Part shown: in pieces, positions 10,652-19,990 of the stretch
How the letters are laid out: each line of letters opens with the position of its first letter
Numbering within the stretch: the stretch's first letter is position 1
Virus record (IMG/VR): IMGVR_UViG_2830687482_000006
Coordinates: 11,083 to 75,082 of that record
Length of the DNA stretch: 64,000 bases
Source: a virus
Lineage: Duplodnaviria; Caudoviricetes
Direction: 5' to 3' (one strand)
Position numbers and translations under genes: made by a program
The notes under the pieces: generated by a model
The model's database searches: none
What the model was told of the DNA's origin: nothing
What the model saw: the letters and a program-made list of their open reading frames with translations, nothing else

Positions 10652-11028
10652 ATCTTAAAAAACTCATTCAAGGCAGATACGGCCTGTTCTGGCTGCATAT
10701 CATTCACAAGTCTACCCTTATTACTTCCGCTTTTAGACCCTCCAAAAGCAGCGTCCAATACTTTTAGCATAGCGTAATGATGCTGTAAATGACCAATGGT
10801 GGCCTCACCGAGTCTCACCCTTATCTGATAATATACATCATACCAAATTTCTTTGGATGCTAAATCATAATATTGGCTTGGACGTATCCCGTAGGCCCAG
10901 CAAACTTGTTCAATATGGTCTAAACTGGAGTACCAGTCTCGGAACGGTCTGAGGACATCATCTTCTTTGCCTGCTCCGGATATTTTTTCATTCTTTTCTG
11001 GAGCTTCTCGGCCTGACTCATAAAAAAA
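10648..11028 (-). CDS. -1 frameshift extension of the tail chaperone (gpGT-like)
   Basis: Heptamer T TTT TTT at 11028-11022. The -1 frame is open for 127 codons (FFYESGREAPEKNEKISGAGKEDDVLRPFRDWYSSLDHIEQVCWAYG...NEFFKI*) and ends overlapping the next ATG. Confidence 0.75.
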   Translation of the reverse strand, partial: FFYESGREAPEKNEKISGAGKEDDVLRPFRDWYSSLDHIEQVCWAYGIRPSQYYDLASKEIWYDVYYQIRVRLGEATIGHLQHHYAMLKVLDAAFGGSKSGSNKGRLVNDMQPEQAVSALNEFFKI

Positions 11029-11324
11029 TAGGTAACGTGTTCAATCACCCAAGCAAGAACATCATCTATTTCGTAGATGCTGATACCCATCTCTTCTACG
11101 GGAATCAAATCTTTTGAATCCTCAATAGGCTTTTTATAATTACTCAAAAGCCTGCGTAGGATCAAATCTCTGGTATCTTGACTAGTCATAATAGAGGCAA
11201 TCGCTTCGTCGGGCGTACCCACAAAGCGAAGAATGTCGTTAAAAATAACATAAGTCATACGAATAGGTTCTTCCCGTCCGGTGACTTTAATCTCTTCTTC
11301 GGGTCTTTCAAGCTTATCGGCCAC
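10920..11324 (-). CDS. Tail assembly chaperone (gpG-like)
   Basis: 134 aa, GTG start, next to the major tail gene; contains TAT TTT TTT (YFF) slippery site. Confidence 0.7.
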   Translation of the reverse strand: MADKLERPEEEIKVTGREEPIRMTYVIFNDILRFVGTPDEAIASIMTSQDTRDLILRRLLSNYKKPIEDSKDLIPVEEMGISIYEIDDVLAWVIEHVTYFFMSQAEKLQKRMKKYPEQAKKMMSSDRSETGTPV

Positions 11325-11550
11325 TGATAATTTCCTTTAGTTTTTCAGGAGGAACAACTTCCAAAATAAATTGACTGAGAATTTTATCTCTTTCTGAGGT
11401 CACCTCAAGACCCGCACTAAGAAGAGCAATCACAGCTGAATTTAGAGATGGTAAGTCCTTATCAATTCCATGTTGGGAAACATTAAGATAAAGGTCCATA
11501 GGGATGCGAATAGAGAGGGTTCTAACCTCTTTTGGTTTACTTTGGTTCAT
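11314..11550 (-). CDS. Arc/Mnt-like ribbon-helix-helix DNA-binding protein
   Basis: C-terminal 78 aa of track ORF 11314..11895: EVRTLSIRIPMDLY...SLNSAVIALLSAGL fits the RHH pattern. Confidence 0.7.
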   Translation of the reverse strand: MNQSKPKEVRTLSIRIPMDLYLNVSQHGIDKDLPSLNSAVIALLSAGLEVTSERDKILSQFILEVVPPEKLKEIISGR

Positions 11551-11551
11551 A

Positions 11552-11580
11552 TTGCACCTACTAATCTTTTCTTCTATACA
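11552..11580 (+). promoter_or_regulatory. Putative sigma70-type promoter for the major tail gene
   Basis: TTGCAC-N17-TATACA in the divergent gap between the RHH gene and the major tail gene. Confidence 0.45.
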
Positions 11581-11622
11581 AGTCAAGCATAAATTGCTGA
11601 AACCCAGATATAGGAAATTCCA

Positions 11623-12453
11623 ATGGCTGACGTAAAAGACAACAAATTTGTAATCGGTAACGCTACGGTCATGCTTGCTCCGTTTAGTGCAGATGTGTTT
11701 GCCCTTAATCCCGATACCCATTCTGTTGGTATGGTTAAAGCGGTAACTATCACGCAAGAAGCTGACCAAATCATGCTGAAAAACGGTATTACCCAAAATA
11801 CTGTGGACACCCAGAAATCGAATGTCAACATGACTACGACATTTGAAGGTTATGAGTTTAGTGCCAAGAACTTGATGTATGCTTTGGGTCTTCAAGGTTC
11901 GGTAGTTAAGCGTCTGCGAGGTAAATTGACTGCTGCTGCTGCCGCCGCCGCGACCTCATTCTCGGTAGAATCTTATCCTATTCCGGGGGATGCCGCTTCT
12001 CTCATCGACGCAGTGGGAGACATCCCTAACGGAGCTACTTTGCTTTTGCAAAAAGCTGATCAACCAGATAACGTCTACCCCTGTAAAGCTGTAGCAGCCA
12101 CTACGGGAACAGGTCCCTACGTCGTGACTATTGATGCTCTTCCAGCAGGTGTTTCTTTTGCAGTTGGCGACACTGTCTGGGTGGTGAACGAGATTAACGC
12201 AGGTTCGACTGAGCAAGACCAGTATTTCTGTGCCAAGATTGTTGGTAAGCTTTCTTCGAACAATGAGCCGATTGTTGTCGTTATGCCTAAGGTTAAAGTG
12301 GCTAAAGGATTCAACCTGAGCTTTAGTGAGCAGGATCATTCGAACATGCCTTTCGAACTAACCCCCTTGGTCATGACTAAGACGGAAACAACTTCGACAC
12401 CGAAACTGGCCGGTTTCGAAAAAACTATTGCAAAGGCATACGTCGGCGGTTAA
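11623..12453 (+). CDS. Major tail tube protein with inserted accessory domain
   Basis: 276 aa before the tape measure; F-V-I-G-N-A-T-V start, LSFSEQDHSNMPFELT end. Confidence 0.75.
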   Translation: MADVKDNKFVIGNATVMLAPFSADVFALNPDTHSVGMVKAVTITQEADQIMLKNGITQNTVDTQKSNVNMTTTFEGYEFSAKNLMYALGLQGSVVKRLRGKLTAAAAAAATSFSVESYPIPGDAASLIDAVGDIPNGATLLLQKADQPDNVYPCKAVAATTGTGPYVVTIDALPAGVSFAVGDTVWVVNEINAGSTEQDQYFCAKIVGKLSSNNEPIVVVMPKVKVAKGFNLSFSEQDHSNMPFELTPLVMTKTETTSTPKLAGFEKTIAKAYVGG

Positions 12454-12479
12454 GGGGATTTATCCTTGCCAAACCTTTG

Positions 12480-12512
12480 AGGCCGCTGTATTTATGCAGC
12501 GGCCTTTTTTTT
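12480..12512 (+). terminator. Rho-independent terminator between major tail and tape measure genes
   Basis: AGGCCGCTGTA...TGCAGCGGCCT stem followed by T-run. Confidence 0.8.
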
Positions 12513-12525
12513 ATTCAGGTAAACA

Positions 12526-15500
12526 ATGACTGACGCTACGATTAAATCCACTGTCGGTATTCAAATGTCCCCGGAGGGCATGGCCTCCGCAGCAAAACAG
12601 CTCGATGGTATTCTTCAAAGAACTATTGCTAATCTAAACACAGCAGCTAAAACTGCGGAAAAAGCTATTGATAGTTCAGGAAAAGCTGGTCAAGTTGCCA
12701 CCAATCAAATAAATGGTCAATTAAAAGCTCTTGCTATTACATTAAGTCAAATTAAAACTCTTCAAAATACTCTTCAAAGTACGGGAGCTTCTGGAGGACT
12801 TAATGCAGCTAGACTTCTTGGGGATTTCTCTTCATCTGGAAGAGTTGGAAAGCAAGCTAGAGAATTAGCAGATTACACAAATAGTTTGCGTGGAGCCTCG
12901 TCAGCTATGACGACTCTAAAAGATCGCGCTCGTCAATTTGACGTCCAAGCTGGTAACCTTGCAAAAAATGGTCAGCTTCTTTCTAACAGCCAAATTATGA
13001 AGGCTGAGAAGATCGAAGCAACCGCGAAAGCCTATTCTAAAATAAGTAATGAAATTGGCAGCATTAGAGCAAGAGTAGCTTTACTCAGCACCGATGGTCA
13101 AAAAGCATTCAAGCCCCTTCTAGATAATCTGCAACAACTTGAAAAAGTGAATGCTAAAGCTTTTAGTAATCGGCGTCGTTCGGAGTACGGTCCAGAGTTA
13201 GCAACTACTAGAGATGCTGTGAGAGGTCTTCAAGAAAGGTTAATAGCAAGAGAAAAACTGGAAGCCAAAACTAGACTGAATGTTGAAGCTCTTCGTAAAG
13301 AGGGGATTGAACTTACCCGCCTAACGACTCTAGAGAGAGAAGCAGCACTTGCTGCTAAAGTGCGTTCAGCTAATAGTCGATTTAATAATGCACAGCTCAC
13401 CGGAACCATTATTTCTCGTAGGGATACCGATCAAGTTTCTAGATTCACTAGAGCTGCGGCGCTTGCAGCTACTACCCAAAATCAATTAGTTTCAGCCTTA
13501 AATAAACCCAATGTTTCTGCGGAGAGGCTGCAAACCCTTATCAATAGACACAAGACTTTACAAAGAGAGATTGCCGAGAGTATTGCTCAGCAAAATAGAA
13601 TGGGCGGCGATCCTAAGGGAGGATTCTTTGCCGGAATCAAAAGCAGTGCCAGCAATCTTCTGGGCGGGGGTGAAGGAGGTTTTGGTGCGGGTGCTCTGCT
13701 GGGAAGAGTGGGGGCCTACGCGGGAGCTGCTGCTGTAGTTTACGGTCTAATCAGTGCTCTTCAACAAGCTGTTTCATTCTCTATCCAGTTTGAAGATTCT
13801 TTAGCTCAACTACAAGCCATCTCTGGTTCGACCAATTATGAGATGCGTGATTTGAGTCAAAGCATTTTTGCTGTCGCCAAGAATAGTGCTGACAGTGTGT
13901 TAGAAATAACTAAATCAGCCACGGCTATCGCTCAAGCTGGCTATAAGGGAAAAGAGCTTTCTCAAGTTCTATCCGCTTCGGTTAATCTTTCGGCAGCAAG
14001 TGGCGCATCTCCTGCTGACTCCGTAGATATCCTTACCTCCGCGCTTGGTTCATTTCAATTGGCTGGCACTGAAGCCACCAGAGTTGCTGATGCTTTTGTT
14101 GCGGCACTCAACAATTCAAAACTGGGTGTGGCTCAGATTCAGGCCGGTATCCAGTATGTTGGTTCAACTGCTAATCAACTAGATATTTCTCTTAACGAGT
14201 TGGCGGGAACACTCGCAGTTATTGCAGACACTGGTATCAGGGGTACAACAGGACCGACCGGGCTTAGACAACTTCTTGTCGATTTAGTTGACCCGTCAGA
14301 AAAAGTAAAAGAAGAACTTAAGCAAGTAGGACTTACAGTAGCTGATATAGACGTAAAAGTCTTAGGATTTTCAGAGGTATTAAAAAGACTCAATAACGCA
14401 GGTTTTGATCCTTTTGCTGCGGGTATCGAAGTCCGAGCGGCCAACGTCTATAATGCTATTGCGGGTTCTACGGACGAAATATTAAAACAAACTCAAGCAA
14501 CTTTAGATCAGGGAGCAGCACAAGAAGCCGCTCAAGTTAGAACCGAAAGCGTTTCTGCAACTTGGCAGAAAATGATAAATACCGTTAGTGAATTAGCTGC
14601 AAGCATTGGTAATGATCTTGCTCCGGTCTTGAAATTTCTAATTGACCTTCTAGGTGTGGCAGCCACAGTAGGTTTGGGACTGATAAAAGTTTTATCTTCC
14701 ACTGTAAATTTTGTGGTAACTCTAGGTGGAACTTTTGATAAAACGGGGGTGTCTGGCGAGGCTCTTAATTCTAAATTGCAGGATTTAGGATACACAGCAG
14801 ATCAGGTAAATCTTAGTCATAAACAACTGACGGGGGGTTTAGAAGACGTCCAATCGGCTTTGAAAGCTAGTGAAGCGGAAACAGACTCTCTTAAAGCTCA
14901 GCAGCTTTCTTTAGCTCAAGAAACTGAAAAACTGATGGTTCGTCAAGATAGTTTAGTGGGAAAGAATGGAGATTTAACTGAAACCACTTCGGAGGTTAGG
15001 GTCGCTGTTGAAGAATTATCTCTACGTTTCCCGGGTCTCCGGGAGGAGTTTGATAAGACGGAAGGTGGAGTACAGGGACTACTTAAGGCTTTCGAAGCTT
15101 TGGATGAGCAAATTCAAAGAACTATGGTAAACGCTGCCCGGACTCAAAAAATTACCGCTGAAGCTGCCAGAGATGTGGCCTTAGAGAAATTAGAAGATGA
15201 TACTTCCTTCTACAAAAATTTAGGCCCAAATGGTTGGATATATCGGGATGTTGGGCTGAAAGAATATGGTGATCCTAGACGCCGAGGGGGTTTGGGTACT
15301 CCTCTTAATACCTCTCAACAAAAAGAAAGCTTTAATATTGAGAGTTTATTAAAAGCAGGAGACCCTGATAGTATCAGAAAAGCAAGAAACCTTATTCAAG
15401 ATAGTAAAGATACACTTATTAAAGCGATTTACGGGGAACTATTAGTAAAAATAAATACCTCAATAAGTGACTATGATAGTGCAATATTAAAATCCAAAGA

Positions 15501-17823
15501 AGCTGATGAGCTGCTTGGAGGCTATGCTGCTGCTCAATCTGAGGTAGGTAAAAAAATTAGAACTGCGAGGAGAGCTAATTCAACTGCCACCGTTACTGCT
15601 AGTTCTCAAGGTGCGGCGGGAGGTAGGTCTACTGCTCAAATTTTGCTCGAATTACAGCAAGAAGTTGGACAATTAAAAAGAAGACTGTCTGAAACAAAAG
15701 ACCCGGAAGAGATTAAGCTACTAGATAGAGCACTAATAGGAGCTAAAGCTGATATCGCTAAACTTAGTCGTAATCCAAATAATCCAAATAATCCAAATAA
15801 ACCAAAACGAGGGGAGCAACAATACACTGGACAAGCCCGTAAAGACGCTGAGTATTTAGAAAATTGGGTAAGAGCGCAAGGATTTAGAGTTGGCGAAAGA
15901 GGCTCTCAAGACCCAATACATAAAGGTGCGGGGCATAGGGAGTGGAGAGCTATAGATGTTAATTTAGCTTCAGGAGAAGGTGAAAGATTAGACCCTAAGC
16001 TTCGTTTGCGTATGAACGAACTTGCCAGAAGTATTCAAGCTAAAGGGGGCGTGGTGTTATGGAATGGAGAAAGGTATGATCCTAGTGGAGCCATAACTCG
16101 TATTAAAGGAAGTCGAAAAGCTAAGCATTACACCCACCTTCATGGAGAAGTTCCTTTAGGAGGCCTTTTTTCAGACGGTAAGCCTAATGATGCAGAATAT
16201 CAGTCCAGTGTTAATGAGGCCGAAAAAAAGGCACTTAAAGAACAAGAAGAAAGAATAAAAAAACAGTTAGCTGAGGCTGAAAGTCTAAGAAAGACTAGGG
16301 GTAAAATTGAGATTGAAGCTATAGAAGAAGAAATCTCAACGATTATGCGTAACGCAAAAACGGGTTCTTTTTCCCGAGAAGATTTGAATACTAAATTAGA
16401 AACAGCTATGGTTCTGAAATACATGGCTGTTATGAATCAATTTGATTTAGAGAACTCAAAGGAAGGCTTGGGACCTGAGGGCCTTAAAGAGTGGGAATTA
16501 AAAAGAAACGCTCAAATCAATCTTTTTGAAAAACAATCTTTAGATGAGTTTGCAAAACTTTATGGATATATCGCTGATTCTTTTTCAAAAAGCATGGAAT
16601 TATATGAGCAAGTAATCAAGAGTAATTTAGACAAAGCAGAGAGAGCAGCACAAGAAAAATTCAAGCGTTACGAGGAGAAAGAACGCTCTTACAACCTACC
16701 TAGTAATAGAGGCAGAGATTTCGGAGCTGGGGATGAATACCTCCTAGGAGAAAGAAGAAGACAAGCGGAAATACTTCGAGACCAAGAAATAGTAGCTGCT
16801 CAAGATGTCTCTAACGGCAGTTTGTATAATGCCAATGAGCGCAGAAAAGATAACTATAAAAACACCTTTGGTCGAGAATTCCAAGAATACAAACCCGGCT
16901 CCACAGAAATGGAAAAGTTTTTTTCCACAGCAGGGGAAGAAGAAGCAGCAGCATGGAAAGAAATTCAATCAGCTTTAGATGCCTATAATGTTACTTTGGC
17001 TGAGACCGCTGAACTACAACAACTTATAGATGAAAGAACAGGAAAAGTATCTGCAAGCCAGTTTACCTTTAAGCAAAGAATTGATGGGGCAGCAAAAGCT
17101 TGGCTTGATCAAAGTGGAGCTATGGACACTTGGGAGAAAACTGCTCAGAATAGCGTTGCACCGCTCTTGGACACTATAACTAATGGTCTTACGGACATGT
17201 TCAAAGGCCTCATCACTGGGCAACAAAGTCTTAAACAAAGCTTAAAGGCAATGCTATCTTCCATTGCTGATTTTGTTGCTCAGATGATCGCTAAAGCTCT
17301 GGCATTAGCTGCCGTCAAATGGTTCCTACAAATGATAGGTCTTGATGTTTCGGGCTTGGGAGGCGCAGGTGGCGGAGGCTTTGGGGGTGAAGGCGGAAGC
17401 GGAGCTGGTGGATTGTTGGGTCAAATCCTATCCCCCGGAGGTGGAATTGGTGGGGGACTATGGAGAGGTGGAGAAGTTAAAAGCTATGCCCGGGGAGGTC
17501 AGATTACCTCAGGTCTGGCAACCAGAGACAGCACCCTGATTCATGCTGCAAAAGGAGAGTATGTTCTTCGTAATTCAGCTGTTGATAGTATTGGTACAGA
17601 TATGCTCGATGCAATGAATAGTCGAGGCGCGGCAGCTATCGCTAGCGCCGGTAGTAATATAATTCCGCTTCCAACATCAGCTCCTGTTGAAACAAATGTT
17701 TATGTGATAGCTCCAGAAGAGAAACCTACTTTAGGGCCAAACGATGTTATTGCAATCATCAGTAAAGATGTGCTACAGGGAGGACAGACCAAGCGGTTAA
17801 TCAAAAAGGTGGCGAATGGCTGA
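12526..17823 (+). CDS. Tape measure protein with embedded M15-like peptidase domain
   Basis: 1765 aa, Ala/Leu/Gln-rich; TP901-type core (FEDSLAQLQAISGST...); lambda-like C-terminus (YARGG...GEYVL); HxxxxH...D and HxxHxH motifs near 15919-16143. Confidence 0.93.
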   Translation: MTDATIKSTVGIQMSPEGMASAAKQLDGILQRTIANLNTAAKTAEKAIDSSGKAGQVATNQINGQLKALAITLSQIKTLQNTLQSTGASGGLNAARLLGDFSSSGRVGKQARELADYTNSLRGASSAMTTLKDRARQFDVQAGNLAKNGQLLSNSQIMKAEKIEATAKAYSKISNEIGSIRARVALLSTDGQKAFKPLLDNLQQLEKVNAKAFSNRRRSEYGPELATTRDAVRGLQERLIAREKLEAKTRLNVEALRKEGIELTRLTTLEREAALAAKVRSANSRFNNAQLTGTIISRRDTDQVSRFTRAAALAATTQNQLVSALNKPNVSAERLQTLINRHKTLQREIAESIAQQNRMGGDPKGGFFAGIKSSASNLLGGGEGGFGAGALLGRVGAYAGAAAVVYGLISALQQAVSFSIQFEDSLAQLQAISGSTNYEMRDLSQSIFAVAKNSADSVLEITKSATAIAQAGYKGKELSQVLSASVNLSAASGASPADSVDILTSALGSFQLAGTEATRVADAFVAALNNSKLGVAQIQAGIQYVGSTANQLDISLNELAGTLAVIADTGIRGTTGPTGLRQLLVDLVDPSEKVKEELKQVGLTVADIDVKVLGFSEVLKRLNNAGFDPFAAGIEVRAANVYNAIAGSTDEILKQTQATLDQGAAQEAAQVRTESVSATWQKMINTVSELAASIGNDLAPVLKFLIDLLGVAATVGLGLIKVLSSTVNFVVTLGGTFDKTGVSGEALNSKLQDLGYTADQVNLSHKQLTGGLEDVQSALKASEAETDSLKAQQLSLAQETEKLMVRQDSLVGKNGDLTETTSEVRVAVEELSLRFPGLREEFDKTEGGVQGLLKAFEALDEQIQRTMVNAARTQKITAEAARDVALEKLEDDTSFYKNLGPNGWIYRDVGLKEYGDPRRRGGLGTPLNTSQQKESFNIESLLKAGDPDSIRKARNLIQDSKDTLIKAIYGELLVKINTSISDYDSAILKSKEADELLGGYAAAQSEVGKKIRTARRANSTATVTASSQGAAGGRSTAQILLELQQEVGQLKRRLSETKDPEEIKLLDRALIGAKADIAKLSRNPNNPNNPNKPKRGEQQYTGQARKDAEYLENWVRAQGFRVGERGSQDPIHKGAGHREWRAIDVNLASGEGERLDPKLRLRMNELARSIQAKGGVVLWNGERYDPSGAITRIKGSRKAKHYTHLHGEVPLGGLFSDGKPNDAEYQSSVNEAEKKALKEQEERIKKQLAEAESLRKTRGKIEIEAIEEEISTIMRNAKTGSFSREDLNTKLETAMVLKYMAVMNQFDLENSKEGLGPEGLKEWELKRNAQINLFEKQSLDEFAKLYGYIADSFSKSMELYEQVIKSNLDKAERAAQEKFKRYEEKERSYNLPSNRGRDFGAGDEYLLGERRRQAEILRDQEIVAAQDVSNGSLYNANERRKDNYKNTFGREFQEYKPGSTEMEKFFSTAGEEEAAAWKEIQSALDAYNVTLAETAELQQLIDERTGKVSASQFTFKQRIDGAAKAWLDQSGAMDTWEKTAQNSVAPLLDTITNGLTDMFKGLITGQQSLKQSLKAMLSSIADFVAQMIAKALALAAVKWFLQMIGLDVSGLGGAGGGGFGGEGGSGAGGLLGQILSPGGGIGGGLWRGGEVKSYARGGQITSGLATRDSTLIHAAKGEYVLRNSAVDSIGTDMLDAMNSRGAAAIASAGSNIIPLPTSAPVETNVYVIAPEEKPTLGPNDVIAIISKDVLQGGQTKRLIKKVANG

Positions 17824-18220
17824 GTTTGTTTTTAATTTTTGCCCCAACTCAAGAGTCGCTGAACTTCTGGCTCCAGAAGAGCCAGAAGTCAAAGACTTTA
17901 ATGGTTGGGTATATCATCCGGTCCCGGTGCTTCCTTTTCGCCCTAATTTTCGGGTTACTCTCGAAGGTCTAAAGTGGTATCTAAATGGTGCTGGAACTGG
18001 ATTGGATACTACCACTGATCCTACTATAAACGCGGGACGTCTGGAAGCTTTCTATAAAACTCATCGTCTTTTCAAACCTTTTAATTTTACCCATGAATAT
18101 CTTGGAACTTTGGAGTTACGTTTCAGTGCACCGTTAAGCATACCTAAGGGATTGGTTAATGGTGGAGGAGCTGTAGAACCCCTTCAAATTAACATGATCC
18201 AACATAATGCGACCTACTAA
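17816..18220 (+). CDS. Distal tail (Dit/gpM-like) protein
   Basis: Follows TMP; LEAFYKTHRLFKPFNF resembles gpM-like proteins. Confidence 0.6.
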   Translation: MAEFVFNFCPNSRVAELLAPEEPEVKDFNGWVYHPVPVLPFRPNFRVTLEGLKWYLNGAGTGLDTTTDPTINAGRLEAFYKTHRLFKPFNFTHEYLGTLELRFSAPLSIPKGLVNGGGAVEPLQINMIQHNATY

Positions 18221-18702
18221 TGACTGTAAACACCGAAAACGCTCAGAAATTATCTCCAGATGCGGAGATCATTCTTTATGAATTGACTACTCTATCGGGT
18301 TCAACTATCTTTTTTAAGCCCGGGCCAGATGTTATGTATCTAGGAGACCCATATAAGGGAGTTCCTTGTAGTCTATCTAATGAGGTTCGATCAGTAGAAG
18401 CCGACCGACAGAGACAAACCTTAACTATAGGTGGAGATAATGCTGATCTTGGGATTCTTAAGTCGGTATTATTTTCCGGTGAGGTAGATGGTGCCTCAAT
18501 ATTAAAGCACGTTGTTGAGCTTGAAGATTTGAAAAATAATGTCAACTCTAAAATGACATCAGCTTATACAGTGAAGCAAGTAGAGGGTTACTCTAGAAGT
18601 AAAATCAGTCTAGTTTTAGGAAGATTTTCCCCATCTAAACAAACGACTATCCCTTACCGGAAGTATAATCGACCAGCTTTTCCTTATGTGAGATTACAAT
18701 GA
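18220..18702 (+). CDS. Minor tail protein L-like
   Basis: IILYELT...YLGDPYKGVPC...IPYRKY, in the lambda L position. Confidence 0.65.
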   Translation: MTVNTENAQKLSPDAEIILYELTTLSGSTIFFKPGPDVMYLGDPYKGVPCSLSNEVRSVEADRQRQTLTIGGDNADLGILKSVLFSGEVDGASILKHVVELEDLKNNVNSKMTSAYTVKQVEGYSRSKISLVLGRFSPSKQTTIPYRKYNRPAFPYVRLQ

Positions 18703-19157
18703 TTCTTGTTTCAGAACCTTTTCAAGGTAAGGTTTTTAATTTAGGAGTTCAAGACTGTTTCAGTCTTTGTATTGACTTTTTCAAAGAGAATTTTGATATC
18801 AAAATTCCTAATATTTCCCGACCCCATGATTGGGATGCAAATAAGCTTGACCTTATCAATGATTTCTACCATCTGAGTGGTTTCAAAAAAATAGACGCCG
18901 AATCAGAATGGCCTCCTCGCCCCGCAGATGTTTTGGTCACGACAATTAGTGGAAGTAATCCAAACCACCTTGTGGTTTATTTAGGTTCAAATGAAATTTT
19001 ACATCACCCAACCGGGCAACTTTCTAAAAAAGAATTGATGAGACCTGTTTGGAAAAGATTCACCTCCTATATTTTAAGACACCCAGAGGTTCCTGACCTT
19101 ACCGCATCTAAACCATTGGTAACATTAGAGGATATTTTAGATGAAAGATTTATTTAG
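18699..19157 (+). CDS. NlpC/P60 tail-tip protein (gpK C-terminal-like)
   Basis: QDCFSLC nucleophile, PNHLVVYLG and ILHH motifs. Confidence 0.8.
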   Translation: MILVSEPFQGKVFNLGVQDCFSLCIDFFKENFDIKIPNISRPHDWDANKLDLINDFYHLSGFKKIDAESEWPPRPADVLVTTISGSNPNHLVVYLGSNEILHHPTGQLSKKELMRPVWKRFTSYILRHPEVPDLTASKPLVTLEDILDERFI

Positions 19158-19473
19158 TCGCTACTCAGACGAAATTTTAGAGGAGAGATGTGGCCTTATT
19201 TTAGGTTCGGGGGAAATGTTAGAAGTTCAAAATTCTCATCCCGAACCTACCAAAGGTTTTGAGATTGACCCTGAGACTATAATCCGCTATCTGGATGAGA
19301 TGAGCGGAACATGGCACACTCACCCGGGGCAAAGTTCTGTATTAAGTGGGGAAGATCATCTCTGCTTTACAGCTTGGCCAACCTTGGAACACTACGTCGT
19401 TGGAAAAGATGGTATTAGATTGTATAGAGTAGATAATGGAGCGGTTGTAGATGCAAATCATTTTCCACGGTAA
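19141..19473 (+). CDS. JAB/MPN domain protein (gpK N-terminal-like)
   Basis: EERCG and WHTHPGQSSVLSGED JAMM motif. Confidence 0.8.
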   Translation: MKDLFSRYSDEILEERCGLILGSGEMLEVQNSHPEPTKGFEIDPETIIRYLDEMSGTWHTHPGQSSVLSGEDHLCFTAWPTLEHYVVGKDGIRLYRVDNGAVVDANHFPR

Positions 19474-19990
19474 GCTCGCTCAGGAATATGGAGCAACACA
19501 TTTTATCGAGGCCAATTCGGTTCGTGAAGCTTTGGAAGCCATCTCCCGACAGTTGAAAATCTTCTCGGAAATAATGCTTGACAGGAGACCTCTTCTTCGA
19601 GTAGTAGGCCATCCCACACAAGAATCCTTAAAGGAAAAACCGGAGAAGATCGACGTTGTTCCGGCTATGATAGGTGGTGGAGGATTTGCTAAAATCGTAA
19701 TAGGAAGTCTCTTAATTGTAGCTGGTTTTGTCATTCCCGGCGCTCAGTTTCTTATCCCGATGGGTATCAGTTTAGTTATCGGAGGTATATCTCAGCTCTT
19801 TATCAAGGCACCATCCCTGTCCAAAGAACAGGACCCGGACGCCTCGAAATATCTCGGTCTTGGAAATAACACCACAAAGTTGGGCACTTTACGCTCATAT
19901 AGTATGGGACGTGTGAAAGTAACTTCACCACACGTTATTGCTGTAAACGTAGACTCAAGTGACTTAGTGAAAGGTGAGTTTCCAGTATGA
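19451..19990 (+). CDS. Tail assembly protein I-like
   Basis: IIFHGKL...SVREAL ubiquitin-like N-terminus, VPAMIGGGG, hydrophobic Gly-rich segment. Confidence 0.8.
   Translation: MQIIFHGKLAQEYGATHFIEANSVREALEAISRQLKIFSEIMLDRRPLLRVVGHPTQESLKEKPEKIDVVPAMIGGGGFAKIVIGSLLIVAGFVIPGAQFLIPMGISLVIGGISQLFIKAPSLSKEQDPDASKYLGLGNNTTKLGTLRSYSMGRVKVTSPHVIAVNVDSSDLVKGEFPV

Noticed and set aside
11551-11895. N-terminal 115 aa of track ORF 11314..11895
   Set aside because: Antisense to the major tail gene; only the last 78 aa (RHH, ATG 11550) look real.
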